A DNA stretch of 64,000 nucleotides from Candidatus Saccharimonadales bacterium (GTDB lineage: Bacteria > Patescibacteriota > Saccharimonadia > Saccharimonadales > Saccharimonadaceae). Location: assembly GCA_038319685.1 (NCBI GenBank), contig JBBQDN010000005.1, positions 15,277-79,276 of the forward strand, in the 5' to 3' direction. The notes under the pieces are model-generated. The model searched no databases, was not told the DNA's origin, and worked only from the letters and a program-made list of their open reading frames with translations. Shown piece by piece: positions 37,473 to 45,592 of this stretch; positions within the stretch are counted from its first letter, which is position 1; each line of letters begins with the position of its first letter. Both the position numbers and the translations under genes were made by a program.

Positions 37473-37880
37473 ATGAAACGAACATTAAAGAAAATAGCTC
37501 AGAGCCTCCTTCTGGTTCCAGTTGTTGCACTTGGTGTAAGCCTGGCGCTTCCAGCCGTTGCCCCAACAAACGCGAACGCCGCATTCAATGGCGGTATCAG
37601 CAACGGTGCAGCTGACAGTAAAGGTACTGGCCAACAAGATAATCTTGATGGTACGGATGGTGTGTTTAAAACCGTCACAAACGTGATGCTGTACATCATT
37701 GGTGCGATTTCTGTCATCATGTTGATCATCGGTGGTATCCGCTATGTGGTATCAGGTGGTGAAAGCAGTGCAGTTACCGGTGCAAAAAACACCATTCTGT
37801 ATGCGGTTATCGGTATTATCGTTGCGATCATTGCGTACGCACTGGTCAACTTCGTTATTACAAGTTTCTCAGCACCATAG
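37473..37880 (+). CDS. VirB2/TrbC-like T4SS pilin paralogue P5
   Basis: Signal ...PTNANA and hairpin IGGIRYVVSGGESSAVTGAKNTILYAVIG. Confidence 0.6.
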   Translation: MKRTLKKIAQSLLLVPVVALGVSLALPAVAPTNANAAFNGGISNGAADSKGTGQQDNLDGTDGVFKTVTNVMLYIIGAISVIMLIIGGIRYVVSGGESSAVTGAKNTILYAVIGIIVAIIAYALVNFVITSFSAP

Positions 37881-37901
37881 TTTAGCAGACGCTCGTTTGT
37901 A

Positions 37902-37936
37902 TACTCCCCTCTTACTACAGAGGGGAGTATTTATTT
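37902..37936 (+). terminator. rho-independent terminator of the pilin operon
   Basis: TACTCCCCTCT-tacta-cAGAGGGGAGTA followed by TTTATTT. Confidence 0.75.
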
Positions 37937-37967
37937 AGAGAATAATTGCGTACTTCTTTAGGATAGT

Positions 37968-37997
37968 AAATAACCCGCACATACATGCGGGTTATTT
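37968..37997 (-). terminator. hairpin downstream of hsp20
   Basis: AAATAACCCGC-acatacat-GCGGGTTATTT, 20 nt past the hsp20 stop. Confidence 0.45.
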
Positions 37998-38017
37998 ACG
38001 GGGCAAAACCTAGGTAA

Positions 38018-38491
38018 CTACTGAATTGTAATTTTCTTGGCTTGTTCCTGTTTGACTTTACTAAAGCTGATGGTGAGGACGCCGTCTTTTAGGACTGCTT
38101 CGACTTCATCTTCTTTGACAGCAACAGGAAGTGCGAGTGTACGGCTAAATTCGCCCCAATAACATTCCTGAATGTGCCAGTTGGTTGCATCAGTGTCGTC
38201 ACCACTACTAAGAGTCCCGCTGATTGTCAAAATACCATCACTGATACTGACATCAAGTTCTTCTTTGTTCACACCTGCGGTGCGGGCTTTGACGACTAAT
38301 CGTTCGTCTGTTTCATAGACATCAACTGCGAGTTGACCCGGGAAATCATCTTCTGATTCTTCCCATGTGCCATTATCAGCTGCTGGTGCGGCTGTAACGT
38401 GTTCTTGCTGTACGGTTAGATCATCATCGTTTAGAAACGCGGCTGCGAGTTCATCTTCGATCAAGAGATCATCATTCTGTTTACGGGCCAT
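38018..38491 (-). CDS. Hsp20/alpha-crystallin small heat-shock protein
   Basis: Alpha-crystallin-domain pattern (AVDVYETDERLVVKARTAGV..LTISG...FSRTLALPV..V.A.LKDGVLTI). ATG 38491 is preceded by GGAGGA; the track start at 38503 is a GTG inside the RBS. Confidence 0.85.
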   Translation of the reverse strand: MARKQNDDLLIEDELAAAFLNDDDLTVQQEHVTAAPAADNGTWEESEDDFPGQLAVDVYETDERLVVKARTAGVNKEELDVSISDGILTISGTLSSGDDTDATNWHIQECYWGEFSRTLALPVAVKEDEVEAVLKDGVLTISFSKVKQEQAKKITIQ

Positions 38492-38597
38492 GATATCCTC
38501 CACTTTCTCTAGGCTCTATTGACAAGTAGTCTCTTACAGTATAACGGAGCTATGCGGTATAATCAATGCAACAGGGTATGTAAACGTAAAAAACACA

Positions 38598-39263
38598 ATG
38601 ATAGATAGACTACTTGGCATCATCGCTCCGCACTACTGTTCTGGATGTGGTAAAACAGGTACCTTATTATGCGATAATTGTAAATATGACATCATTCAGG
38701 AACCACTTGAAACCTGTATCGTGTGTCAGTGCCTAACAGGTACGGACAATCTTTGTCGGCGCTGCAAAGTCCCCTATCAAAAAGCTTGGTGTGTCGGCGA
38801 ACGGTCGGATAGTCTGCAGCGGCTTATTGGGGTGTATAAATTTCGCCGGGCCAAGGCTGGATACTGTGATATTGCCGAACTACTCCTTAGTCGACTGCCG
38901 GAATTACCTCCATCGACAATTATTGTGCCGATTCCGACGGTCGGTAGCCATATACGAGAGCGAGGCTATGACCATATGGCCCTGATTGCACGATATATTG
39001 CCAAAAAACGAGGCCTTGTGACGCAAAACGTCCTCGTACGCAAAACAAATACCAAACAACGGGATGCGAGCTTTAGGGTACGTCAGCAACAAGCTAAGCA
39101 GGCATTTGGATGTCGTGGTCTGTTAGAACCGGATGTTCCGTATGTATTGATTGATGACGTCGTGACGACAGGTGCGACACTATACTACAGTGCGCAGGCG
39201 CTGCGCGATGGCGGCGCAAATATAATATGGGTGGCTGCTGTGGCCAGACAGCCTCTCGACTAA
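38598..39263 (+). CDS. comFC: ComF-family protein (ComFC-type phosphoribosyltransferase)
   Basis: N-terminal Zn-finger CSGCG...CDNC...C..C....C..C and PRT motif VLIDDVVTTGATL. Confidence 0.85.
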   Translation: MIDRLLGIIAPHYCSGCGKTGTLLCDNCKYDIIQEPLETCIVCQCLTGTDNLCRRCKVPYQKAWCVGERSDSLQRLIGVYKFRRAKAGYCDIAELLLSRLPELPPSTIIVPIPTVGSHIRERGYDHMALIARYIAKKRGLVTQNVLVRKTNTKQRDASFRVRQQQAKQAFGCRGLLEPDVPYVLIDDVVTTGATLYYSAQALRDGGANIIWVAAVARQPLD

Positions 39264-39308
39264 TTGTCCGTCATCTGTTAATATAGTTTTCAGCCACACA
39301 AAAGATAC

Positions 39309-39398
39309 GGAGAGGTGCCCGAGTGGTTTAAGGGAACGGTCTTGAAAACCGTCGTGCCAGCAATGGTACCGAGAGTTCGAATCTCTCCCTCTCCGCCA
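39309..39398 (+). tRNA. tRNA-Ser (anticodon TGA)
   Basis: Manual cloverleaf: acceptor GGAGAGG, anticodon stem ACGGT/ACCGT, loop CTTGAAA, long variable arm, GTTCGAATC T-loop, encoded CCA. Confidence 0.85.
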
Positions 39399-39401
39399 TA
39401 T

Positions 39402-39429
39402 AAAATAACGACCATTCGGTCGTTATTTT
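39402..39429. terminator. bidirectional hairpin terminator
   Basis: AAAATAACGACC-attc-GGTCGTTATTTT. Sits between the tRNA-Ser and the convergent 460-aa gene. Confidence 0.7.
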
Positions 39430-39438
39430 ATATGGCGC

Positions 39439-40812
39439 CTATTTTTCGAGTAAAATGTAGCCCTCGCCTTTATTTGCTGTGTGCCAGCCGTTTCGTATGA
39501 GTTGCTGTGTCATCGATGAACGATTTGTGTTTATCGGTACCAGCACGCAGGTGATGTTGTGTACTGCAAACTGACCGTCACGAAACGATGCGTCGGTGAA
39601 TATTTTTGTGTAGTCCGACATATACTTGTGACCACCACCTTCCCAGCTTGGCATGCGACCGTCGATATACACTTTATAACCTGGTAATTTCCATATCAGG
39701 TAGCCTCCGATGCCATATTCATTGAATAAGTTGCCTTTACAGGGGTGTTGTTCGAGATATGTCACCGCGTGAACGGGGTAATAATCTTCGCGGTTAGGGG
39801 AAATTGCATACACATCGTAGCCTGTCCAGCCGACAAACAGCGTGATAACGACGATAACAAACCATATAACATTTCGTCGACTGGTATCGATTGTGGTGGG
39901 GATTTTTATGGCCAATTCTTTGACGTACTCGGTCGTATACGGAAGTGACAGAACAACAAATAATGGGTAATGACGGATGCTCGATAGCGCGGCGAAAAAC
40001 AATAAAACATCAACCTGCAGGTATGATCGCCATTTTTTCCCTAGGAGCAGTAAAAAACCAGCACCCCAAATCGCGACATAGGCGATCGTTTGCCATACAC
40101 TTCCGATAGGTACCCATTCGTTGATGACCCAGCGTAACGACCCGTCGAGTGTTGTACGGAAAATTTCAACATACAGATCGACACCGTAAGGATTGATAAA
40201 TGTGACTAAAATTGAGCCGCCAAGTAATAAGAGGAGTTGTTTTGATCTTTTCACGATTGCCCAGTAACCCAGGAGCACGAGTCCGATGGCAAATCCGCCA
40301 TGTATATTTGCCCAGAGTAAAAAAAGTAGTGGCAATATATAGCGCCAACGACGATCACGGGCCTGTACAATGCGGTAAACTAGCACAACACCCAGAACAG
40401 TCCACGTGACCGCCCGGATGCCCGCAAACGGTAAAACGGCTAGAACACCCAGGATAATGAGGGGTCCGTACGATTTACGAGCGACGAGGAAGAACGCGAG
40501 AGTCCATAGACTGGCATAGACTAGCGCCAGCAGTGTATAGCCACCGAACGAATACAGATAATAAAGTATGATATCACTCAACCATTCGTGATTCACCCAC
40601 GGGAAGTCAGACGCCGTATAGGTGAAAATATCAGTCGCTGGAATAGCGTGATGAACGAAATAATCACCGGACATCAAGTGCCATCCAAAATCAGGGTCTA
40701 GTTTAAGATAGGATAAAACAAAAAATAAAATAAAAACGAGACTAAAGGTCAGAAGTGGTGGCCAGTGGAGCCAGCGAAATAGTTTTTTAGTTTCGGAAAT
40801 CTTTTGTCCCAT
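39439..40812 (-). CDS. polytopic integral membrane protein (>=10 TM) with C-terminal soluble domain; possible GT-C-type glycosyltransferase
   Basis: Hydrophobicity pattern plus N-terminal DPDFGWHLMSGDYF..IP.TDIFTYT...W.NHEWL loop. No catalytic motif identified with certainty. Start is ATG 40812 or GTG 40821. Confidence 0.35.
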   Translation of the reverse strand: MGQKISETKKLFRWLHWPPLLTFSLVFILFFVLSYLKLDPDFGWHLMSGDYFVHHAIPATDIFTYTASDFPWVNHEWLSDIILYYLYSFGGYTLLALVYASLWTLAFFLVARKSYGPLIILGVLAVLPFAGIRAVTWTVLGVVLVYRIVQARDRRWRYILPLLFLLWANIHGGFAIGLVLLGYWAIVKRSKQLLLLLGGSILVTFINPYGVDLYVEIFRTTLDGSLRWVINEWVPIGSVWQTIAYVAIWGAGFLLLLGKKWRSYLQVDVLLFFAALSSIRHYPLFVVLSLPYTTEYVKELAIKIPTTIDTSRRNVIWFVIVVITLFVGWTGYDVYAISPNREDYYPVHAVTYLEQHPCKGNLFNEYGIGGYLIWKLPGYKVYIDGRMPSWEGGGHKYMSDYTKIFTDASFRDGQFAVHNITCVLVPINTNRSSMTQQLIRNGWHTANKGEGYILLEK

Positions 40813-40851
40813 TCGCCCCACTATACCATAGGGTATGGTGGCGGGTCGGTG

Positions 40852-41259
40852 CTACACGTTCGTTCCGCCGCTCACACCAGTTGGTGAAAAGCTACCAATC
40901 ACAAAGTTGATCATTGCGTACGCAAATAGCGCCACCATCACGCCGATGATCGCATATAAAATCGTATTTTTGGCGGCGGTGATGGCGGTCGAATTACCAC
41001 CGGATACCACGTAGCGTAGTCCTCCGACGATAATCATAATAACTGACACCGCACCAATGGCATATAGCATGACGTTACTGATTGTTGTGAAAACACCAGC
41101 TGCACCGAACAAATCGACGACCTGCCCTGTGCCCTGTGCAGCCAGAGCGCCATCGGCGACAGACCCGCCGAACGCGCTTGCCATGGGTGCAATCAGGATA
41201 CTTAGGATAACCATAGTCACGCCAGAAATAGTGGCGAAGATAGTTTTGACTGATTTCAT
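40852..41259 (-). CDS. VirB2/TrbC-like T4SS pilin paralogue P6 (distal copy)
   Basis: I chose ATG 41259 (AAAGGAA RBS): MKSVKTIFATISGVTMVILSILIAPMASA signal and hairpin VGGLRYVVSGGNSTAITAAKNTILYAIIG. Closest to P5. Confidence 0.6.
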   Translation of the reverse strand: MKSVKTIFATISGVTMVILSILIAPMASAFGGSVADGALAAQGTGQVVDLFGAAGVFTTISNVMLYAIGAVSVIMIIVGGLRYVVSGGNSTAITAAKNTILYAIIGVMVALFAYAMINFVIGSFSPTGVSGGTNV

Positions 41260-41296
41260 CCAGGATTCCTTTCGTGGTTTAGATAATATATTTACC

Positions 41297-41324
41297 ATTA
41301 TAGCAAAAGACGTGAAATAGTCTA
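41297..41324 (-). promoter_or_regulatory. promoter of distal pilin P6
   Basis: On the minus strand: TAGACT, 16-nt spacer, TGCTATAAT (perfect -10 at 41302-41297 with upstream TG). Confidence 0.4.
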
Positions 41325-41417
41325 CCCTCCGCCCCTGTAGTGTGCTACAATAATTCGAGCACGGGAGAGTTATATATGGCAAAAAGCCACCCTATATACC
41401 CGCGCCGACGATCACAC

Positions 41418-41510
41418 GGAGGGGTACCCAAGTGGCTTAAGGGGATGGTTTGCTAAATCATTAGTCTGGGGAGACCTGGAGCGGGAGTTCGAATCTCCCC
41501 TCCTCCGCCA
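41418..41510 (+). tRNA. tRNA-Ser (anticodon GCT)
   Basis: Acceptor GGAGGGG, anticodon loop TTGCTAA, long variable arm, GTTCGAATC T-loop, encoded CCA. Confidence 0.85.
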
Positions 41511-41513
41511 AAT

Positions 41514-41549
41514 AAAGTAGACACTACGGCTGTAGTGTCTACTTTATTT
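41514..41549 (+). terminator. rho-independent terminator after tRNA-Ser(GCT)
   Basis: AAAGTAGACACTAC-ggct-GTAGTGTCTACTTT followed by ATTTG. Confidence 0.7.
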
Positions 41550-41672
41550 GCTTCGGAAGCGAGAGATTGGAACTCTCGCAATATTTCAAAATAAGCTGAG
41601 GGTTCAGCGCTGTAGATCAACGTATAGGCAGAATAAAATAGTGCGATATTCCTGAACAGTAAGAAATGACAA

Positions 41673-42344
41673 CTATTTTAGTTCTTCTCGAAGCTTTGTT
41701 AAATCAAAGACGGTGAATAAATGATCCGTTTGACCAATGAGTTCTTCATTGAATAGTTGCTCTAGCGCTCTACTTGCGGTTTCTCTGTTCATATTTATCG
41801 AGTCTGCAATATCCTGATGTGTGATGGGGGCGTTAATAATAACTTTATTGTTATGTGAAGTGCCGAATCTTTCAGCAATAGAAAGAAGCTCGGCTATGAC
41901 TCTCCCTCGCGCAGACCTAAATTCAAGTATTTGTATACGTTGTGTGTAAACTGCTATGACATTTACTGTTTGGTTTAGGATTTCTTGGGTTAACCACATG
42001 TTTGTCCCCATTGCGATACGTAACTTATCTTTGGATGTTTTTATGACGGTCACATCATTCATTGCTTCGTAGAAAAGACCGGTAATGTGATTGCCATCTA
42101 GCGCCCACGGGAGGGGTATTAGCTCTCCTTCTTCATGGATCAGTAAAAGATTCGCATGACCATCAGCCGAAGTTGAATGTGATTTGACGAAGCCCTTTTT
42201 GATAAGATACACACCGTCTGGTTCATCATAGCCATTAACGATGGTTTCACCACCGACAAATTCTTCCGTCGTGCCATCACTGAAATACGAGAGTATACTC
42301 TTATCTTTTCTGGTCGTTGAACGAAAACGGTTGTGGTCTATCAT
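41673..42344 (-). CDS. Crp/Fnr-family transcriptional regulator
   Basis: N-terminal cNMP-binding beta-roll (GVYLIKKGFVK...GE) and C-terminal HTH ITHQDIADSINMNRETASRALEQL. Confidence 0.8.
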   Translation of the reverse strand: MIDHNRFRSTTRKDKSILSYFSDGTTEEFVGGETIVNGYDEPDGVYLIKKGFVKSHSTSADGHANLLLIHEEGELIPLPWALDGNHITGLFYEAMNDVTVIKTSKDKLRIAMGTNMWLTQEILNQTVNVIAVYTQRIQILEFRSARGRVIAELLSIAERFGTSHNNKVIINAPITHQDIADSINMNRETASRALEQLFNEELIGQTDHLFTVFDLTKLREELK

Positions 42345-42462
42345 AACGTCAGTATAGAACTAATTATGATTTAATGTTGTGCGCAATCGCACAGACATAG
42401 CCCAATATAAGCACTACACTACGACTAGACTTCGGTTAATGGAGTTGCTAGGTGGGGGGGAT

Positions 42463-42648
42463 ATGACACACGGAATTATTTCAACAAAGAGTAAATATTT
42501 TAAAAAACACACAGCAACACTCTCTTACAAACCAACGACAAAAAAAGATCTTAGATTCAAAACAATTCACTATGAGTTTTCTGCCATAGTATATAGCCAA
42601 GCACGAATATTTAAAAAAATTGACCGAATACTGAAGAACACATATTAA
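42463..42648 (+). CDS. small basic hypothetical protein (61 aa)
   Basis: ATG 42463 is preceded by a GGTGGGGGGG purine-rich RBS and ends 4 nt before the next gene. No recognisable motif. Confidence 0.25.
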   Translation: MTHGIISTKSKYFKKHTATLSYKPTTKKDLRFKTIHYEFSAIVYSQARIFKKIDRILKNTY

Positions 42649-42652
42649 CATT

Positions 42653-43420
42653 ATGATTAAACCTGACATTATTGAAAAACTTGGACTATTTAATAACTCT
42701 GAGCTAAATATATTCTCGGTATATCTGGGTAGTGATTCGATCAAGGCACCAAGTAGCGGGTTTTTGCGTACCCAGTTTCACTCATTATTGCACCGTGACA
42801 TGGACTCGGTATCTCGACACACATACGCCCATGACATACATAATATAACTCGGTATCTCGATGGATATATTCCGTCAGCGAGAACTATCGCTTTATTTTC
42901 TTCTGGCGATCGACTATGGGAACAAGCGAGCCTGGAATACTCGCTTCCAATAGGTATAACCCTAGGTAATTCGCCCTACCTAAAACCGATACTTGGCTCT
43001 TTGGATCATTACTCAAAGTACATAGTACTGCTTGTTGATAGAGAAAAGCTTCGGATATTTACTGTCGATCAGGGTGAGATGGTAGATCATTCTGAGGTTT
43101 TGGATGATTCAGTCCCCCAGGTGTCTAAATCAACAGGGATGGAGTTTGCTGTTGGAAAGAGCGACGTTAATCAAAGGCATAACGACCTCCTTTTGCAGCG
43201 CCACATTGATTTACTGGCTAAATCAATCGTAAGATTTAATAATAAAGAACGAGTTAAATTTGTCATTATAGGGGGACATTCAGAACTATTCAAAAAAGTA
43301 TACGCATCACTACCTCCGGGTATCCGATCAAAGGTTGCGGGTACATTTGTGACAGAAGTCAATATTCCGCTTAGTGATATCATGAAGAAATCTAAACTAG
43401 TTGCGGCACAGGTTAGTTAA
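42653..43420 (+). CDS. hypothetical protein, possibly bacterial eRF1-like (baeRF) family
   Basis: N-terminal ...LNIFSVYLGSD and central YIVLLVDREKLRIFTV resemble patterns I associate with baeRF/eRF1-like families. Unverified. Confidence 0.3.
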   Translation: MIKPDIIEKLGLFNNSELNIFSVYLGSDSIKAPSSGFLRTQFHSLLHRDMDSVSRHTYAHDIHNITRYLDGYIPSARTIALFSSGDRLWEQASLEYSLPIGITLGNSPYLKPILGSLDHYSKYIVLLVDREKLRIFTVDQGEMVDHSEVLDDSVPQVSKSTGMEFAVGKSDVNQRHNDLLLQRHIDLLAKSIVRFNNKERVKFVIIGGHSELFKKVYASLPPGIRSKVAGTFVTEVNIPLSDIMKKSKLVAAQVS

Positions 43421-43535
43421 TAAAAAAACTAATACGTGATGCTGCGCACACAGCACCGCGTTAAATACAATGAACCCGAGACTGAAACAATTGAACTGAT
43501 ATGTCCCTTGCTCTGGTGATATACTAATAGTAATA

Positions 43536-44090
43536 ATGAATAAGCTTAGTCATAAATTGAAACAACTAATCGTCACCGTCGCGTGCTTGATGTTCGTTCT
43601 TATTCCCACAACCGTCGCTGCTTCGCCGTTTGGCCAAGGAGTCTTTGGTGCTGATGTGCCATTTGGGTCGGTCACAAGCCTGGCGATTAACCTTGGGGGG
43701 AACGTATCACTTAGTTTAAGCCCGAGTGGGCCAAACCTTAGCGGAACAGGGTCGCATGTTATTACGGTGACATCGACCGATGTTGTGGGCTACCAACTAT
43801 TTGTTCGCAGTAACGGGAATAGTAATATGGTTAATGGCAGTGCAACCATCCCGGCAAGTGGCAATAGCACGGGGGCAGCGCTCAGTCTCAATACTTGGGG
43901 GTTTAATACCGATGGAACCAGTAACTTTATCGGTATGACAACGACACCACGGCTTATCAAAGACACGACCGGACCGGCAAAGACGGGCGACACCACGACT
44001 GTTACCTACGGGGCACTTACCGACGCAGTGCAATCTGCGGGCCAGTATACTACGACTGTGATTTATACTGCTATCGCAGAGAATCAGTAG
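43536..44090 (+). CDS. secreted beta-rich protein, WxL- or SCPU-like
   Basis: Signal ...PTTVAASP, internal VVGYQLFVRS, and C-terminal AGQYTTTVIYTAIA strand, like the terminal G-x-Y...hydrophobic strand of WxL/SCPU proteins. Confidence 0.35.
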   Translation: MNKLSHKLKQLIVTVACLMFVLIPTTVAASPFGQGVFGADVPFGSVTSLAINLGGNVSLSLSPSGPNLSGTGSHVITVTSTDVVGYQLFVRSNGNSNMVNGSATIPASGNSTGAALSLNTWGFNTDGTSNFIGMTTTPRLIKDTTGPAKTGDTTTVTYGALTDAVQSAGQYTTTVIYTAIAENQ

Positions 44091-44970
44091 TCGTCGGTTT
44101 TTTAGGCTGATGCCTAATACGTCGACGCCAACGAGCGAACATGACGATACCCCATCCTGCAACAATTACCACTGCATAAAACCATAACGGTGTGTATACG
44201 ACAATTCCCTCGACAACGACGGGTTGTGATATATCAGTTGTATAGCCGTAGGTCACTTTGTATATACCAGGAAACAGTGGAGCTTGTACTGACTCATCGA
44301 CATGTCGCACGACGCCAGGCAAAAGGATATGACTAACAGACACGGTGCTTTTATTGGTCCACGGGCCACCTATCGATGCGTGTACGGTCGCAGTGTAGTG
44401 AACGTTACCAGTGTTTGCGATATCGAGTGAGAATGGGATACGGTCACCGACAACAAAGGTGGTGATAGTATGTGACCGCAGTGTATTTGTTTGCGTTGTG
44501 TTGCCTCGTATAGTCATATATAGAGGTGCGGCTACTTGGATCCGGCTACTGACACCTTTTTGTTTGACCGTCGCACCGGCGATGATAGTGTAGTATTTCC
44601 CTCCTGGTGCTGTACGCGCAGGCGGCGTCACACTATAGGTGACACGTTCGTTTTTCCCCGGTTCGAGTAGAACGACGGTTTTACTAAAATGCAACCAGTT
44701 GTCTGTGACGTCACTAAACGTGTAGTTGTAGGAATAGTCCGAAACCGAGAATTCCTCGACAGATAGCGTGACGGTGAGCGGCGACTGGGTATAGTTTGCG
44801 ACCATTACTTCCCCCAGTGCTGTTTTACCGGCGTCAACATCCAGAAAATTGCGCGGGGGCGAAATGAATAGCCCCCTGTTTGTCGTTGATTGGGCGTTTG
44901 CAGTAGTCGGACAAAGGCCGACCGACACAATCATGATAATGATCGCGGCCACAAATAGTATGCGTTTCAA
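44071..44970 (-). CDS. DUF916/DUF3324-like Ig-fold cell-surface protein with C-terminal TM anchor
   Basis: Signal ...TTANA, FISPPRNFLDVDAGKTALGEVMVANYTQSPLTVTL, C-terminal TM WFYAVVIVAGWGIVMFA plus an RRRIRH tail. Confidence 0.4.
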   Translation of the reverse strand: MKRILFVAAIIIMIVSVGLCPTTANAQSTTNRGLFISPPRNFLDVDAGKTALGEVMVANYTQSPLTVTLSVEEFSVSDYSYNYTFSDVTDNWLHFSKTVVLLEPGKNERVTYSVTPPARTAPGGKYYTIIAGATVKQKGVSSRIQVAAPLYMTIRGNTTQTNTLRSHTITTFVVGDRIPFSLDIANTGNVHYTATVHASIGGPWTNKSTVSVSHILLPGVVRHVDESVQAPLFPGIYKVTYGYTTDISQPVVVEGIVVYTPLWFYAVVIVAGWGIVMFARWRRRIRHQPKKPTTTDSLR

Positions 44971-44982
44971 CGGATGTACCCC

Positions 44983-45582
44983 CTAGCTGCGCTTGATGAG
45001 TTGGACTTGGATATCGGTCACGACATTATTGTAATGTTTGATAGCAAAGGCCTGAGATTCTTGGTTACGGGTCTGCCATTCGGGTGCAATAACATAGCCA
45101 TAGCCGAAATCAAAATCACACGTCACAGGATAGTGATCAAGCTTGTTGTCGATGCGCCACTGTTTATTGACGTACAAAAAACTAGCTTCTGAAATGGCTC
45201 GCTGGTGGGTTGGATCTTGCCAGGCGCGCATACTGGAATAATACGGACAGACAATTCGCGCAAAACCCTTGAGTGGGATGTTTGGGTTAGCCGGGTCAAA
45301 TTCGGCTGGTTTTAAAATACGGTAGATTTCGTCAAAAAACTGATAGAATGGATCATTAAAACTATCACCATGAGGAATATGTTCGACAAAGTTCGAACAT
45401 TCGATTTCGTCGACAGAATTATCGGCAAATTGCGTCCACGGGAACGTCAAAAGGTCTTGAACGTAATCGACGCCCTTGGTTTTTATAAGATCAACGCCTT
45501 TAAATCCTTCGGGTTTGTGTTCGCCAGACCCAAGCGATAATTTTAGGGGTTCAGTATTTTTTGTCGTTTTTTTCGTAGCCAT
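44983..45582 (-). CDS. class I SAM-dependent methyltransferase
   Basis: LSLGSGEHKPEGFKGVDL (motif I-like), FADNSVDEIECSNFVEHIP, YRILKPA. Confidence 0.5.
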   Translation of the reverse strand: MATKKTTKNTEPLKLSLGSGEHKPEGFKGVDLIKTKGVDYVQDLLTFPWTQFADNSVDEIECSNFVEHIPHGDSFNDPFYQFFDEIYRILKPAEFDPANPNIPLKGFARIVCPYYSSMRAWQDPTHQRAISEASFLYVNKQWRIDNKLDHYPVTCDFDFGYGYVIAPEWQTRNQESQAFAIKHYNNVVTDIQVQLIKRS

Positions 45583-45592
45583 AAGTTCTCCT

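Noticed and set aside
16742-37880. An integrated conjugative element (ICE) or plasmid insertion.
   Set aside because: There is no relaxase, coupling protein, integrase, replication or partition gene, and no flanking direct repeats. The locus is wedged against recF/oriC with overlapping stop codons. The tRNA genes nearby are not adjacent to the locus ends.
41551-41672. A possible small ncRNA in the 120-nt spacer after tRNA-Ser(GCT). It contains a short hairpin, GCGAGAG-attggaa-CTCTCGC.
   Set aside because: It has only one 7-bp stem, no recognisable family signature and no clear promoter or terminator pair. The evidence is insufficient.
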